Part shown: positions 1 to 15,706 of the stretch, in pieces
How the letters are laid out: each line of letters begins with the position of its first letter
Numbering within the stretch: the first letter of the stretch is position 1
Origin: Sphaerodactylus townsendi
Taxonomy: Eukaryota
Reading direction: 5' to 3'
Assembly: GCF_021028975.2 (NCBI RefSeq)
Contig: NC_059427.1
Coordinates: 71,548,001 to 71,612,000 of the forward strand
DNA length: 64,000 nt
Made by a program: the position numbers and the translations under genes
Notes under the pieces: model-generated
Databases searched by the model: none
Seen by the model: the letters and a program-made list of their open reading frames with translations, nothing else
Told to the model about the DNA's origin: nothing

Positions 1-4564
<4,564 letters not shown>

Positions 4565-4599
4565 CTAGGGACAATGGAAATAAGGTGTCAGAAGTAGGG

Positions 4600-5350
4600 A
4601 ACGCGGGGCCCGAGGCTGTTCCTCCTGCCTTCTTCCTTCCTGGACACGCGAGACTTGCCAGAGGAATCTCAAACTCGCGGCCCTGAAGATCTCCCTGACT
4701 CAAATTCAACCGGATCCCGCCCCCCGCCCACTCCGGATTCTCACCTGCCCTCGCCGACCCAGCGCAGAGGCTCCGCCCCGCCCGGGATGGACAGCTTCAG
4801 CCTCCACAACATTTCCGTCAATCTCCCGTTCGAACTAACTGACCAATCAGTTTGCTTAACGTGTCCCAGCGGTCCAGGGAACCAATGCTGACCCAGACTC
4901 ATCGGATTTGCTGGCCAATCACTTTGTAAGCTATCCTGTTCCTACAGCAACGCGGAAACAACAAAAAAGGCGACGTTTTCGTCATATTATAGCGCCAGCA
5001 TTACTCTAGTGGACACGTCTCTCCCGGTGCCACGAAGCGGCGCTCAGGTTTCAAAGTATAAGCCCCGCCCTTCCAGGCTCCGCCTCCGAATGTCTTGTGA
5101 CGTCATCAGTGTGCGCTATGACGGTGCGCCTAGCAACAAAGGTTTCCCTGTGGAAAAGCCCCGTTTTGTTGCGGCAGCGTTTCTCTTACGTGATGCTGCC
5201 ATTCTTGGAGAAGCCTCGTTGATGCTGGATGGCATCTGTGGAGGTAGCCAATAAGCGAAGTGGTGTCTCCTTCCCTGGTTGACAGCGGAAGAAGGACTGG
5301 AGAGTCGCGATTTGGCCAGGAGCTTCTCTCGTGATTTGCCCAGGTGTTCT
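4600..5350. promoter_or_regulatory. CpG-island bidirectional promoter GMPPB/NICN1
   Basis: CpG-rich; three CCAAT boxes (4843, 4882, 4915), GC boxes (about 4717, 4773, 5063), full CRE TGACGTCA at 5098-5105, RFX-like GTTCCTACAGCAAC (4938-4951) and CCTAGCAAC (5129-5137). Probable non-coding GMPPB exon donor (minus, CAG/gtgaga) at about 4744. Confidence 0.75.
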
Positions 5351-5878
5351 GTTTCTTAGTATTGGTAGCTCCAATTAGAATTTTCCTTTGCTGACTGTCT
5401 GAGGAAGTACCGAAAGAAATGTGCATGCAACACAAAAACTTATATCAGGAATAAAACTTTGTTGGGCTTAAAGGTGCTACTGGACTTAAACTCTTGTCCA
5501 TAAGAGTATAAACGCAAGTTGTTAAACCGTTCTGCAGCATGTCCGAGTTTATTTCTGTGCATACTACCGTAGTCGGGGTGTGTGTCACAATGGGTTTAGT
5601 GGAGTTTACTCCGGAGTAAAGATGCATAGCTGTGAAGTGACTTGGTTATTGAAGTCTAAGCTTCCATAGGCTGCATTGAGACTTCCATCAGCTGCACAGA
5701 GAGCCATCAGGTTATGGGCTGTTCTGTGAAAACTTCCAGTGTTGGTAATGCCTCCCCCCTTACTGTGTGTATGGGTTATGGTATTTAGTAGTGCAGAATT
5801 TCCTGTGTTTTGATATGTGGATGTAATTATTATGATCCACTGAACTGAGCCTATGGCTATTTTTCCAGTATGGGGACC

Positions 5879-6010
5879 ATGACGCATGAGCCTGCACTAT
5901 GCACTATCAAAAGCCCTGTCATGCTGCAAGTGGGTGACATGAAGACCGAGCAAGGCCGACCAGGTGTTGCAGTGATTGATGTGATGCTGCCACACTCTCA
6001 GACCATTGAT
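5879..6010 (+). CDS. NICN1: NICN1 coding exon 1
   Basis: MTHEPALCTIKSPVMLQVGDMKTEQGRPGVAVIDVMLPHSQTID/gtgagt; acceptor cag at 5866-5868. Confidence 0.9.
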
Positions 6011-9000
6011 GTGAGTATAAGCAAAGAGGAAGCATAAATAATGGTGTAATTATAAACCTGTAATCCAACTTTTATCAATTGTATTGTTAGTTCTATACCT
6101 GAACCTTGCTGAGCACTTCTCAGCAAAGTTACACCCGTCTAAGCCCATTGAGTTTAATTGCTTTAGAAGGGTGTAATTCTGTTTAGAATTGTACTATAAG
6201 AGTTTGAGGCATTCATTTCCTGCTTCCAATCTGTATGTTAAAGAATAACTTCAGTTCCTTTAGCTTCTGGCTGAGGAACGCATGGCTGCGAACATCAAGA
6301 CTAGCAACAAACAGTTCTTCAAGTACATCAAAAGTAGGAAGCCAGCTAGGGAAGCGGTAGGCCCGTTAGATGACAAAGGAACAAAGGGTGTGCTAAAAGA
6401 TGACAGGGAGATTGCAGAGAAGCTGAATGAATTCTTTGCATCTGTCTTCACCCAAGAGGAGGTGAGGAAAATTCCTGCACCTGAACCAAGCTTCTTAGGA
6501 GGTGAATCCGAGGAACTAGCGAAGTTAGTGGTAGACAAGGAAGAAGTTCTGACAGCCATTGATAAACTAAATGCTACCAAATCCCCTGGCCCAGATTGCA
6601 TTCATCCAAGAGTTCTTAAAGAGCTCAAGCATGAAATTGCTGATGTTCTCACATTAATATGCAACTTATCCCTGAAATCTGCCTCCATCCCTGAAGACTG
6701 GAAGATGGCCAATGTCACACCAATCTTTAAGAAAGGGTCTAGGGGGGACCCGGGAAATTACAGGCCAGTCAGTTTGACATCTGTTCCTGGTAAATTAGTA
6801 GAATCTATCATTAAAGATAAAATTATAAAACATGTAGAAAAGCGAGACCTGCTGAGGAAGAGTCAGCATGGCTTTTGTAGAGGCAAGTCCTGTCTTACAA
6901 ACTTACTAGAGTTCTTTGAGGGTGTAAACAGACATGTGGATAAGGGGGAACCGGTGGACATTGTCTACTTGGATTTCCAAAAGGCTTTTGACAAAGTTCC
7001 TCACCAGAGACTGTTGAGAAAACTCAGCAATGAAGGAATAAGAGGAGAAGTCCTCCTATGGATTAAAAACTGGTTGAGGAACAGGAAACAAAGGGTGGGT
7101 ATAAATGGGAAGTTCTCACAATGGAGAGATGTAGGGAGTGGTGTCCCCCAAGGATCCGTTTTGGGACCAGTGCTCTTTAACCTATTCATAAATGACCTGG
7201 AAGTAGGGGTGGGTAGTGTGGTGGCCAAGTTTGCAGATGATACCAAATTATGTAGGGTGGTAAGAACCACAAAGGATTGCGAAGAGCTCCAAGCGGACCT
7301 TGATAAATTAGGTGAGTGGGCTAAGAAATGGCAAATGCAGTTCAATGTAGCAAAATGTAAAGTGATGCACATAGGGGCAAAAAATCCAAACTTCACATAC
7401 ACGCTACAGGGGTCAGTGCTATCAGTCACAGACCAGGAAAGGGATTTGGGCGTCTTAGTTGATAGTTCCATGGGAATGTCAACTCAATGCATGGCAGCTG
7501 TGAAAAAGGCAAACTCTATGCTGGGGATAATGAGGAAAGGAGTTGATAATAAAACTGCAAGGATTGTCATGCCCTTATATAAAGCAGTGGTGCGACCGCA
7601 CTTGGAGTACTGTGTTCAGTTCTGGTCGCCACATCTCAAAAAGGATATCGAAGAGATAGAAAAAGTGCAGAGAAGGGCAACGAGGATGATTGAAGGATTG
7701 GAGCACCTTCTTTATGAGGAGAGGCTGCAGCGTTTGGGACTCTTTAGTTTGGAGAGGAGACGTCTGAGGGCGGATATGATTGAAGTCTATAAAATTATGC
7801 ATGGGGTAGAAAATGTTGACAGAGAGACATTTTTCTCTCTTTCTCACAATACTAGAACCAGGGGGCATACATTGAAAATGCTGGGGGGAAGAATTAGGAC
7901 TAATAAAAGGAAACACTTCTTCACGCAACGTGTGATTGGTGTTTGGAATATGGAGGCCACAGGAGGTGGTGATGGCCACTAACCTGGATAGCTTTAAAAA
8001 GGGCTTGGGCAGATTTATGGAGGAGAAGTCAATCTATGGCTACCAATCTTGATCCTCCTTGATCTCAGATTGCAAATGCCTTAGCAGACCAGGTGCTCAG
8101 GAGCAGCAGCAGCAGCAGAAGGCCATTGCTTTCACATCCTGCATGTGAGCTCCCAAAGGCACCTGGTGGGCCACTGCGAGTAGCAGAATGCTGGACTAGA
8201 TGGACTCTGGTCTGATCCAGCAGGCTAGTTCTTATGTTCTTATGTTCTTATGATTTGTTTATTGATCAGCAATTGCAGGAGAAGTTGCCAATTGTTATAT
8301 ATTGGCAAGTTCTAATTTCACCCTTTGACCATAAGTAATTTATACATATTTAATTTATACATATTTAGTACGTTATTGATCTACTAATACACATCTTGAA
8401 GTCTGATTGGTTACCATTATTAATTATGAGGCAATTGTGCATGTATATTATTGACATTTCAGTAGTGAACAAACATATTATTACAATCAGTTATACTTAG
8501 TCTTAGCTAATATATTCCATTTAGTGGCTCACCAACAGAACAAAATATCTTTACCTTCAGCATTTCTTTCTGCTTCATGTATCATTTTCTCCATGATATG
8601 AAATCCTTTGATATATATCATTACCCCTGGTTTTCTACAGATTTGTCCCCCTCTCTATTAATAATACAGGTCCATAGTTAGAAGTGGAATGCGTGCAGAA
8701 CTTCAACTTTTTGGGGAAAAAGTAGTATAAAGATGTTAGATCATATGCTTAGTATTATCATTACTATTTCCTAAATGTACCATTACTTTTTACTTTATAT
8801 CTGGCATTAATTAGCCCAGCATTAATGTATTTTAGTTAATTTCTTTTCTCATAAGGTAGGGGAGATCTTGGCTCTCCTTGACTGCTGTCTCCCAAAACTA
8901 TCTGACTTGCAAGAAATTCAAAGTAGCTGGTCAGGTTACAGGCAGTATTGATTGCAGTTCTCTCCTACAGTTCTATGGCCTGGACTTGGAGGTCAGGGAA

Positions 9001-12000
9001 TATGTAACAATATGAAGAAAAGGGGCCATAATTATCTCCTAGCTAGATGGATCATGTACATTGCAGGCTATGCTAGTAAAAGATATATAGAGTTATCACA
9101 TGGGACCTTTGGTGTGGGAAGGGTTCATTTCAATTTACACATTTACTGAAAAGAAATACTACTGAGTTTTTTTGTAGAGCTCTCCTGCGGTTTGTATCTT
9201 ATGTTCCTTAGCGTCTACAAGTTTTTGACTTCATTCCATGAGTCTACCTGCCTTGGAGGTGTCAGGGTTCTTTACATAGCTTCAGGAAAAATATTAATGA
9301 CCTGAAGTGGCTGTCATACAGATAGATGCTTCTTTGACCCTAAGGTCACTCAGGTGAATAGGTGAATTCAGTAAATTATATCCCCTTTCTGTGGGATATA
9401 ATTAATAGTTATTAGTTAAAATAGTTAATAGTTAAAAAGAGTATTATAAAAATATCTCATACAACCAATTGAAACCAAAGCTATAAAATACACACAGAGA
9501 AACAAAAAATGTTTGCCTGCTGGTGGAAGATGACGGAAGGGAACAAACAAATATCTCTAGATAGGGAATTCCTTAATTGTGGTACTATGACCAAGAAGGC
9601 TCTCTTGGGTTGCCACTCATCTAGCCTCATGTATATATGAAGAAAAGGCTTTAGCAAGATATAGCAATCCCTTGTCGAAGGCTTTCACAGCCGGAATCAC
9701 TTGGGTGCTGTGTGGTTTCCGGGCTGTATGGCCGTGTTCTAGCAGCATTCTCTCCTGACGTTTCGCCTGCATCTGTGGCTGGCATCTTCAGAGGATCTGA
9801 AGATAGCAATCCCTAATTACGCCTGTTCCATCTTTTTCCAGACTGTCTTTATATGTTTTGTGAAAATTAGTTTCCTATTCTAAATACTTCACATAAACTG
9901 TCAACTGGTTTTCCAGACATTCATGCTGGATTCTTTGCTTCCAAATATTGATCCGAGTGTAGTTTAGTCACTGACTATGTCCTTAACTTCAATTTAAAAA
10001 CTTCCCATTTTTGACCCAAGATGTGGGCATTCTTGAATCCCTGGTGTTTAGGTGCACCCATTACACGATAGACAATGGAATGGGCAGGAACTCCATAAAT
10101 TGCTCTTTTTCTGGATATTCTATTTCTGTTCTCTTTTTTTTTTCAGTTGCAGGAAATTGTATTCAAGAACTATTACACAGCTTTTTTGAGCCTGCGGGTG
10201 CTGCGCCAAAGCACCACAGATGGTGGAGATGGAAGTCCTTCCAAATGGGTTACCTGCCTGCGAAACTATTGCTTGATGCCTAACCTGCATGCAGAGCAAG
10301 GTTCACAGGACTACTTCTCTGTTTCTAGGCATCAGGTCAGAATTTCAGCTTCTATTGGCATTTCAACTTATGCTGATATTTGATCTTCTTTACTTTAGTG
10401 CAAGATTTTTCTTGCCTGACACTCAGCCTGTGCTCTGCATGGTGTCCTTACTTTTCCTACAGCCTGACATAAATATTGCTCAGTAAATGTTGAAGGTTTC
10501 CATTCTAACTGCCTACTGTGCACTTTTCAACTCAAGGCATTAATGATGCTGTTCTGGCCCAGCTGCGATTTTGCTCATTAAGGCCAGTGTGAGTTCATTC
10601 TCTAGGGAAATGCAGAAAGCTCAGGCCTAGTGCACATAACCACTGCTAATAGCCTGGCACTTCCAGAAAAAGCTACTTATTAATGATGGGGATCACAGCC
10701 AAACTCCATTTTGCACTCTTGATGTTTCTGTGAGCTTTGTTACTCCTCACTGTCTTGACCTGGGGTTGTCTTACTGATGGATAAACTGATCCAGTCAAAC
10801 AGTTTATGATGGGTGAAAAGAATGTGCACTATTTTGAAACGAATATTCATTTATATAGCATTGACAGTGTGCAAGAGATCCGTTCTCTCCTTGCAGGATC
10901 TCTTTGAGGTAAATTGTGGTAGTTCCTGTAACTAAGGAAACTGGCAAACTATGGCAGAGAGCTGGCACTATGATTAATGAAGGACTGTTACTCCCTGATG
11001 GGAATCTATGTGGCAACTGTTCACTTTATTGCAAGGTGAACAGTTGCCACATAGATTCCCATCAGGGAATCCTGTCAGTACCCTCTGTCAGTTATGGCCA
11101 GAGCCTTTTCTGTTGCTGTGCTGCAACTGTGGTATGCATAGCTCCTCAGAAGGGATAAGGCAGGTGTCTTCCAGCAAGTTTGTAAAATATCTATTCAAGA
11201 GAGCTTATGGTACAGGGACTCTGTTCCTTTTAGAGACTGGGCTGGAAACCTTTTCACGAACTGTTTTTACCTGTAGAGCTGGGTTTCTAATAAAGTCTCC
11301 CTTGAAGGGCATGCTGCAATTGCCATGCACAACCCCAGAGTGCTAACATTCCCTTGCCCAGGGAACTGTACCAGCTCCAGCAAAAGTTGGATGGGATCTG
11401 GTACAGTTCACCCCACTCCATAGTTGTATTGTAGTAACCCTTGTTCCTTTCCCCCCTTCTTTAATGCAGAAGTGCTTCTGCCTTATTTCCATCTATTTCT
11501 TCCTGCAATTGTGTTCATTTCTTGCCTCTCTTGTTTTGCTAGATGCTTTGTGATATGGACCAGGTGGCTGCCATACGTCTGATCCTGCGTCAGCCTTCTC
11601 CAGTGTGGCTACATTTCAGCATTGAGGAGCTGCAGCTCATCCCTGCAAGTCAAAAGGTGTGTGCCCAGCCCCTCGTCAAAGCACATTTCTCTTACATAGC
11701 CATTGTTTTCATCCTTGTTGAGTCTTATGATGACTTATTGACTTACAGGGTCAGGGAAGGCTTTTTCAGGAGGCCCTAGAGCCTGACTTGTTTGTTTACC
11801 TGTTTCATATGTACCCTCGAAGATTAAAAAAATAAGGCCAAGACCGATGATGCAAAATAAGGTCAGAATATATTTTATTACTCACTTAAAACTCCCTAAA
11901 CATTTTGCCCAAGGGGCTTCTTCACAGCAGTCTGCTAGTCTTGCAATGGTATAAGATCTCTGATCTTATTCTCTTTGAAAAACCACTGCAAGACTAGGAA

Positions 12001-15000
12001 GCCCTTTGGGTGAAATGCATAGAGAATTTTAGCTGAATAATAAAATATATATTTTACCTTATTGGCTTTGGGCTTTTTCTTCCTATGACTGGTGTGGCTC
12101 TTTTATTTCTGCTTTCATTTATACCTGCCTTTCTCCCCAGTGGGGACCAAAATAGCTTATGTCATTCTCCTCTCCTCTGTTTTATCCTCACAACAATATG
12201 TGAGGTAAGTTGAGGGTGTGTAACTGGCCAGGATCTCCCTACAAAGCTTTCATGGTAGAGTCAGGATTAGAATCTGTGTCTCTCAGATCCTTGTCTCACA
12301 CTAACAACTAAAACACACTGGTTCTTTTTGCACAATTTGCTGCTCTTCAGCTCTGTTCAGTTTGCCTTCATTCTAAATTTGAGAGGGTGCTAAACCTAAA
12401 TATTTTCCTAAACCTACATATGTTTCAAAGCTTCCAAGCCAGTTCTGATGTTATTCTGCTTTTGTGGAATGAAATCTTCATTCTGACTGCCTAAAATGCA
12501 CATTTCATCTTAAGCCATTATTGATTACTGCTTGAGTGTTATTCAGCTGCTTGGCCTGAATATTCCTTTGAGTTTTCTGTAAGATGCAGTTGGCTTTTCC
12601 TCAGACCAACCTCCTTCCCTCTCCCCATGCCCAATGATCTCTCACCAGTGAACCATATGAGATATTAGATAGTTTCTGGAATACATATCTAAGAATGAAT
12701 TCAGTATCTCCTTGGGAACAGTTGAGGAAAATATTTACAGAGTTCATAAGAACATAAGAACTAGCCTGCTGGATCAGACCAAAGTCCATCTAGTCCAGCT
12801 CTCTGCTACTCGCAGTGGCCCACCAGGTGCCTTTGGGAGCTCACATGCAGGATGTGAAAGCAATGGCCTTCTGCTGCTGCTGCTGCTCCTGAGCACCTGG
12901 TCTGCTAAGGCATTTGCAATCTGAGATCAAGGAGGATCAAGATTGGTAGCCATAGATCGACTTCTCCTCCATAAATCTGTCCAAGCCCTTTTTAAAGCTA
13001 TCCAGGTTAGTGGCCTTCACCACCTCCTGTGGCAGCATATTCCAAACACCAATCACACGCTGCGTGAAGAAGTGTTTCCTTTTATTAGTCTTAATTCTTC
13101 CCCCCAGCATTTTCAATGTATGCCCCCTGGTTCTAGTATTGTGAGAAAGAGAGAAAAATTTCTCTCTGTCAACATTTTCTACCCCATGCATAATTTTATA
13201 GACTTCAATCATATCCGCCCTCAGACGTCTCCTCTCCAAACTAAAGAGTCCCAAACGCTACAGCTCTCCTCATAAGGAAGGTGCTCCAATCCTTCAATCA
13301 TCCTCGTTGCCCTTCTCTGCACTTTTTCTATCTCTTTGATATCCTTTTTGAGATGTGCAGTACTCCAAGTACGGTTGCACCAAGTTCCTGCACCATCTCT
13401 TGCTTTTCTGTACATAATCTGTTCTGAGAGTAAAAGTTAAATACTAAAATGGAGGGAGGTGCCTTAGGATGCTTGGTTGTGTATATGTTCATGTACTCAC
13501 AAGTATGCCAGAGGAAGCTTTGCATCAACCTGGATCTCAGGCTGTTCTCTCTTTTAGAGCCCACAGAAAGGCTTTCCAGCCTGGCTTTCATGCCCATCTC
13601 AGGAACGTCCAGCCATTCTGCATGATGTGAGTACTGCCACTGAGACCAGGGCCTGCCACCATAAGACCTCCCTGCTATGCTTTACGAACTTTAGTCTCTT
13701 CCTACCATTGGGGATTGCTAGTTGCATAGCTGCCACGGGGCGGGGTGGGTGGCACCGCACTCCAGGCGCACACCATTGGGGTCATTTTCCACCCCCCAAA
13801 CCCTTCCTCCCTCACCCTGCCTCACCAGGGCCGGCAAAAGCTGCTGCAGGGCGCCCCTGCCCAGCCCCACCCCACCAGCCAGGTCCCGCGGTCCGGAGCA
13901 GCCTGGCGGGGCTGGGCTGGGTGGTGGCCCAGCAAGGCTGCTTTTTCTGCCAGCTGAACTAAGTGGGGGCGGGGGAGAGGGTGATGCCCTGCACTGCCCC
14001 TGCGCCCCTTCCACCCCTGCCCCCACGCTTACCTTAGTTCAACCAGTGGCCTCTCCAGGCTGCTCTTTGCAGTTGGCTGAACTAAAGTAAGTGGGGGTCC
14101 CCCATGGGGGTGGGGCCCAGGTGCCATTTCCCCCCTTATGCCTTGGGGATTCTTAATGGGAAATTGGGGCAGCCAGTTAATTCCTTGAAGATCTTAGTCT
14201 TGGATGAGTGAAGGCTGCTATTCAGTTGCATCCCTTTGACTCCTTCTCTCTGCTTTCCCCTATCTGCAAAGCCTTGGCAAACCCTGATGCCATTAGCTGT
14301 GCCCCACCTGCCATGCTACGCTCACATTGCCTATGGATCATTTGGTTGTATCCTGAGCAATCAATTTTAATATCTCTTAACTTGTTTTGGAAGGGCTGCT
14401 GGATATATTACTGTAGAATGATGTGCGAGGTGCAATGGCAAATTGCCCCCCCTCCTCTGCTTCAGCCAGCACAAGAATAGTAGGGAAGGACAGAAAAGGA
14501 GCAAGACTAAGCTGCGGTGTGTGGCTAATCAGAGACATGATTCCGTAGAAGTTCCTAGTCTGGTGCTGGTGTATGTTCAGCTCCTGGTGGGGAATAGCTT
14601 CTGAATGGATATGTTGGATTAAGAAAAGCAGGGGGGAAGATTTAAATAACTGTTCTCTGCTTTCAGGGACTCCCTGATGCTGACAAAGTGTCTTCTGAAG
14701 TGCAGCAAATGTGGGTTCTGACGGAGATGCTTCAAGCCAGCCAGCCAACAGCACAGATTGGACGCTTTGATGTTAGTTTTCTCCTGCTTCTGCTTAATGC
14801 TTTGTGGAAAGGTGTCCTTCACTGGACTCCAGTCAGAATCCAAACACAAAAAGTGTGATTAAAAGTGATGCCCCTTCCAAACCATAACTCCTTTTAGCTG
14901 TATGCATAGAACATAAGAACATAAGAAAGAGCCTGCTGGATCAGGCCAAAGTCTATCTAGTCCAGCACTCTGCAGAAACAGATGATTGATTGTAGGACCT

Positions 15001-15706
15001 TTCTAAGAAGTCTTCTGGGTCAGAAGGCCAAAAGTCTTTTCTGATCCATCATCCTGTTTTCAGCAGTAAGTAGCCAGGAGCTGTGATGAAGAAACATCCT
15101 AGACGAAGAGAGTCTCCAGCTAGTTTAATTATTTATTGCATTTCAAGGATACTTCTTCCAAGGATCTTGAGATGGCAATCATGACACCTTCATATTGATT
15201 CAAAATGGATTAAGCTGTGTGGAAAGCAACTGACTCAGGGTCAACCTTCATAGCTGGGTGGAAATTGGAATCCAGTTCTTCTTAGCCCAGTATTACATTC
15301 ATTACTCCATTCTGTGTCTCCAGCTACTGTGGCCAGAGGGATAGGAATAGTGGCTCAGTTCAGATGGGATGTAAATTAAATTTGAGCAGCAAGCCTAGGA
15401 ATGGTCTGGTTCTTGGGGTCTGGGTTTGTAAGAAAATGTTAGTTTAGTTGTAATTGCAAAAGTGGAAAAATCTATTAGCTGGCCACACACAGGCGAAAGG
15501 GGGGTGGGCGGTTACATGAGCCTAGGGTTGACCTTGGATCCGTTCATATAATGCCAAATCATGGTTTTCTTTACATCTGTAGTAAGCCAATATGGGGGAG
15601 GGGGACAAACGTGTCCCCAGCTTGCTGTAGCTTTACTAAAAAGAATTATTTGTGTCTGTTTTAGGTGGATGGCTGCTATGATCTCAACCTGCTTTCCTAC
15701 ACTTGA
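5879..15706 (+). CDS. NICN1: Nicolin-1 (tubulin polyglutamylase complex subunit), complete spliced CDS, 216 aa
   Basis: Exons 5879-6010, 10147-10335, 11543-11656, 13558-13626, 14667-14771, 15665-15706, all phase 0 and GT-AG. Motifs LQVGD..QGRPGV, LQEIVFKNYYTAFLS, KWVTCLRNYCLMP, LRQPSPVWLHF, and C-terminus IGRFDVDGCYDLNLLSYT* match NICN1. An in-frame upstream ATG at 5870 is an alternative start. Confidence 0.95.
6270..8252 (+). mobile_element. CR1 LINE, 5'-truncated, young; RT ORF 6282-7982 (566 aa)
   Basis: ORF has the CR1 RT motifs [51 protein letters not shown]; 3' UTR ends in (TTCTTATG)3. An apparent 1-nt frameshift near 7953 relative to the sister copies. Confidence 0.96.
9672..9802 (-). 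mobile_element. Penelope-like (Poseidon-type) retroelement terminal fragment with flanking direct repeat
   Basis: Flanked by direct repeat ATAGCAATCCC (9661-9671 and 9803-9813); sequence resembles squamate Penelope terminal repeats as recalled; contains a hammerhead core. Confidence 0.75.
9753..9795 (-). ncRNA. Minimal type I hammerhead ribozyme motif (Penelope-associated)
   Basis: Minus strand reads UCCU-CUGAAGA-UGCC(agccacagaugca)GGC-GAAAC-GUC-AGGA: both conserved core boxes, helix II, palindromic ACGU helix III, GUC cleavage triplet, helix I UCCU/AGGA. Confidence 0.75.
10147..10335 (+). CDS. NICN1: NICN1 coding exon 2
   Basis: LQEIVFKNYYTAFLS...YFSVSRHQ, 189 nt. Confidence 0.94.
10992..11068. 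repeat. Perfect 33-bp inverted repeat with 11-nt spacer
   Basis: TCCCTGATGGGAATCTATGTGGCAACTGTTCAC (10992-11024) and its exact reverse complement (11036-11068). Confidence 0.95.
11543..11656 (+). CDS. NICN1: NICN1 coding exon 3
   Basis: MLCDMDQVAAIRLILRQPSPVWLHFSIEELQLIPASQK, 114 nt. Confidence 0.94.
11835..12075. mobile_element. Degenerate fold-back MITE (about 240 bp)
   Basis: Long imperfect inverted arms: aataaggtcagaatatattttattactc...ggggcttc versus gaagcccttt...gaataataaaatatatattttaccttatt. Confidence 0.6.
12108..12324 (-). mobile_element. Squam3/CORE-type tRNA SINE, degraded
   Basis: ttatcctcacaacaa..tgtgaggta CORE block and reversed tRNA head ctaacaactaaaacacactggttc. Confidence 0.65.
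12745..13383 (-). mobile_element. CR1 3' fragment, same young subfamily as 6270-8252, inverted
   Basis: Reverse complement of about 7590-8245 with few differences; (CATAAGAA)2 tail; ORF 12937-13254 matches the RT C-terminus. Confidence 0.95.
13558..13626 (+). CDS. NICN1: NICN1 coding exon 4
   Basis: SPQKGFPAWLSCPSQERPAILHD, tag/..../gtgagt. Confidence 0.88.
13718..14145. mobile_element. GC-rich non-autonomous hAT-like element
   Basis: Degenerate TIRs (tagttgcatagct ... ttatgccttg), imperfect 8-bp TSD gggattgc/gggattct, shares the internal cttaccttagttc...gaactaaagtaag motif with the element at 47867. Confidence 0.55.
14667..14771 (+). CDS. NICN1: NICN1 coding exon 5
   Basis: GLPDADKVSSEVQQMWVLTEMLQASQPTAQIGRFD. 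Confidence 0.93.
14906..14973 (-). mobile_element. CR1 3'-end stub
   Basis: (AACATAAG)n followed by agcctgctggatcag..tctagtccagcactctgc. Confidence 0.75.
15665..15706 (+). CDS. NICN1: NICN1 last coding exon
   Basis: VDGCYDLNLLSYT-TGA. Confidence 0.93.
   Translation: MDGCYDLNLLSYT

Noticed and set aside
6282-7982. 566-aa RT ORF as a host gene, retron or other novel RT system
   Set aside because: Standard CR1 ORF2 with its 3' UTR and microsatellite tail, 5'-truncated, with sister copies nearby.
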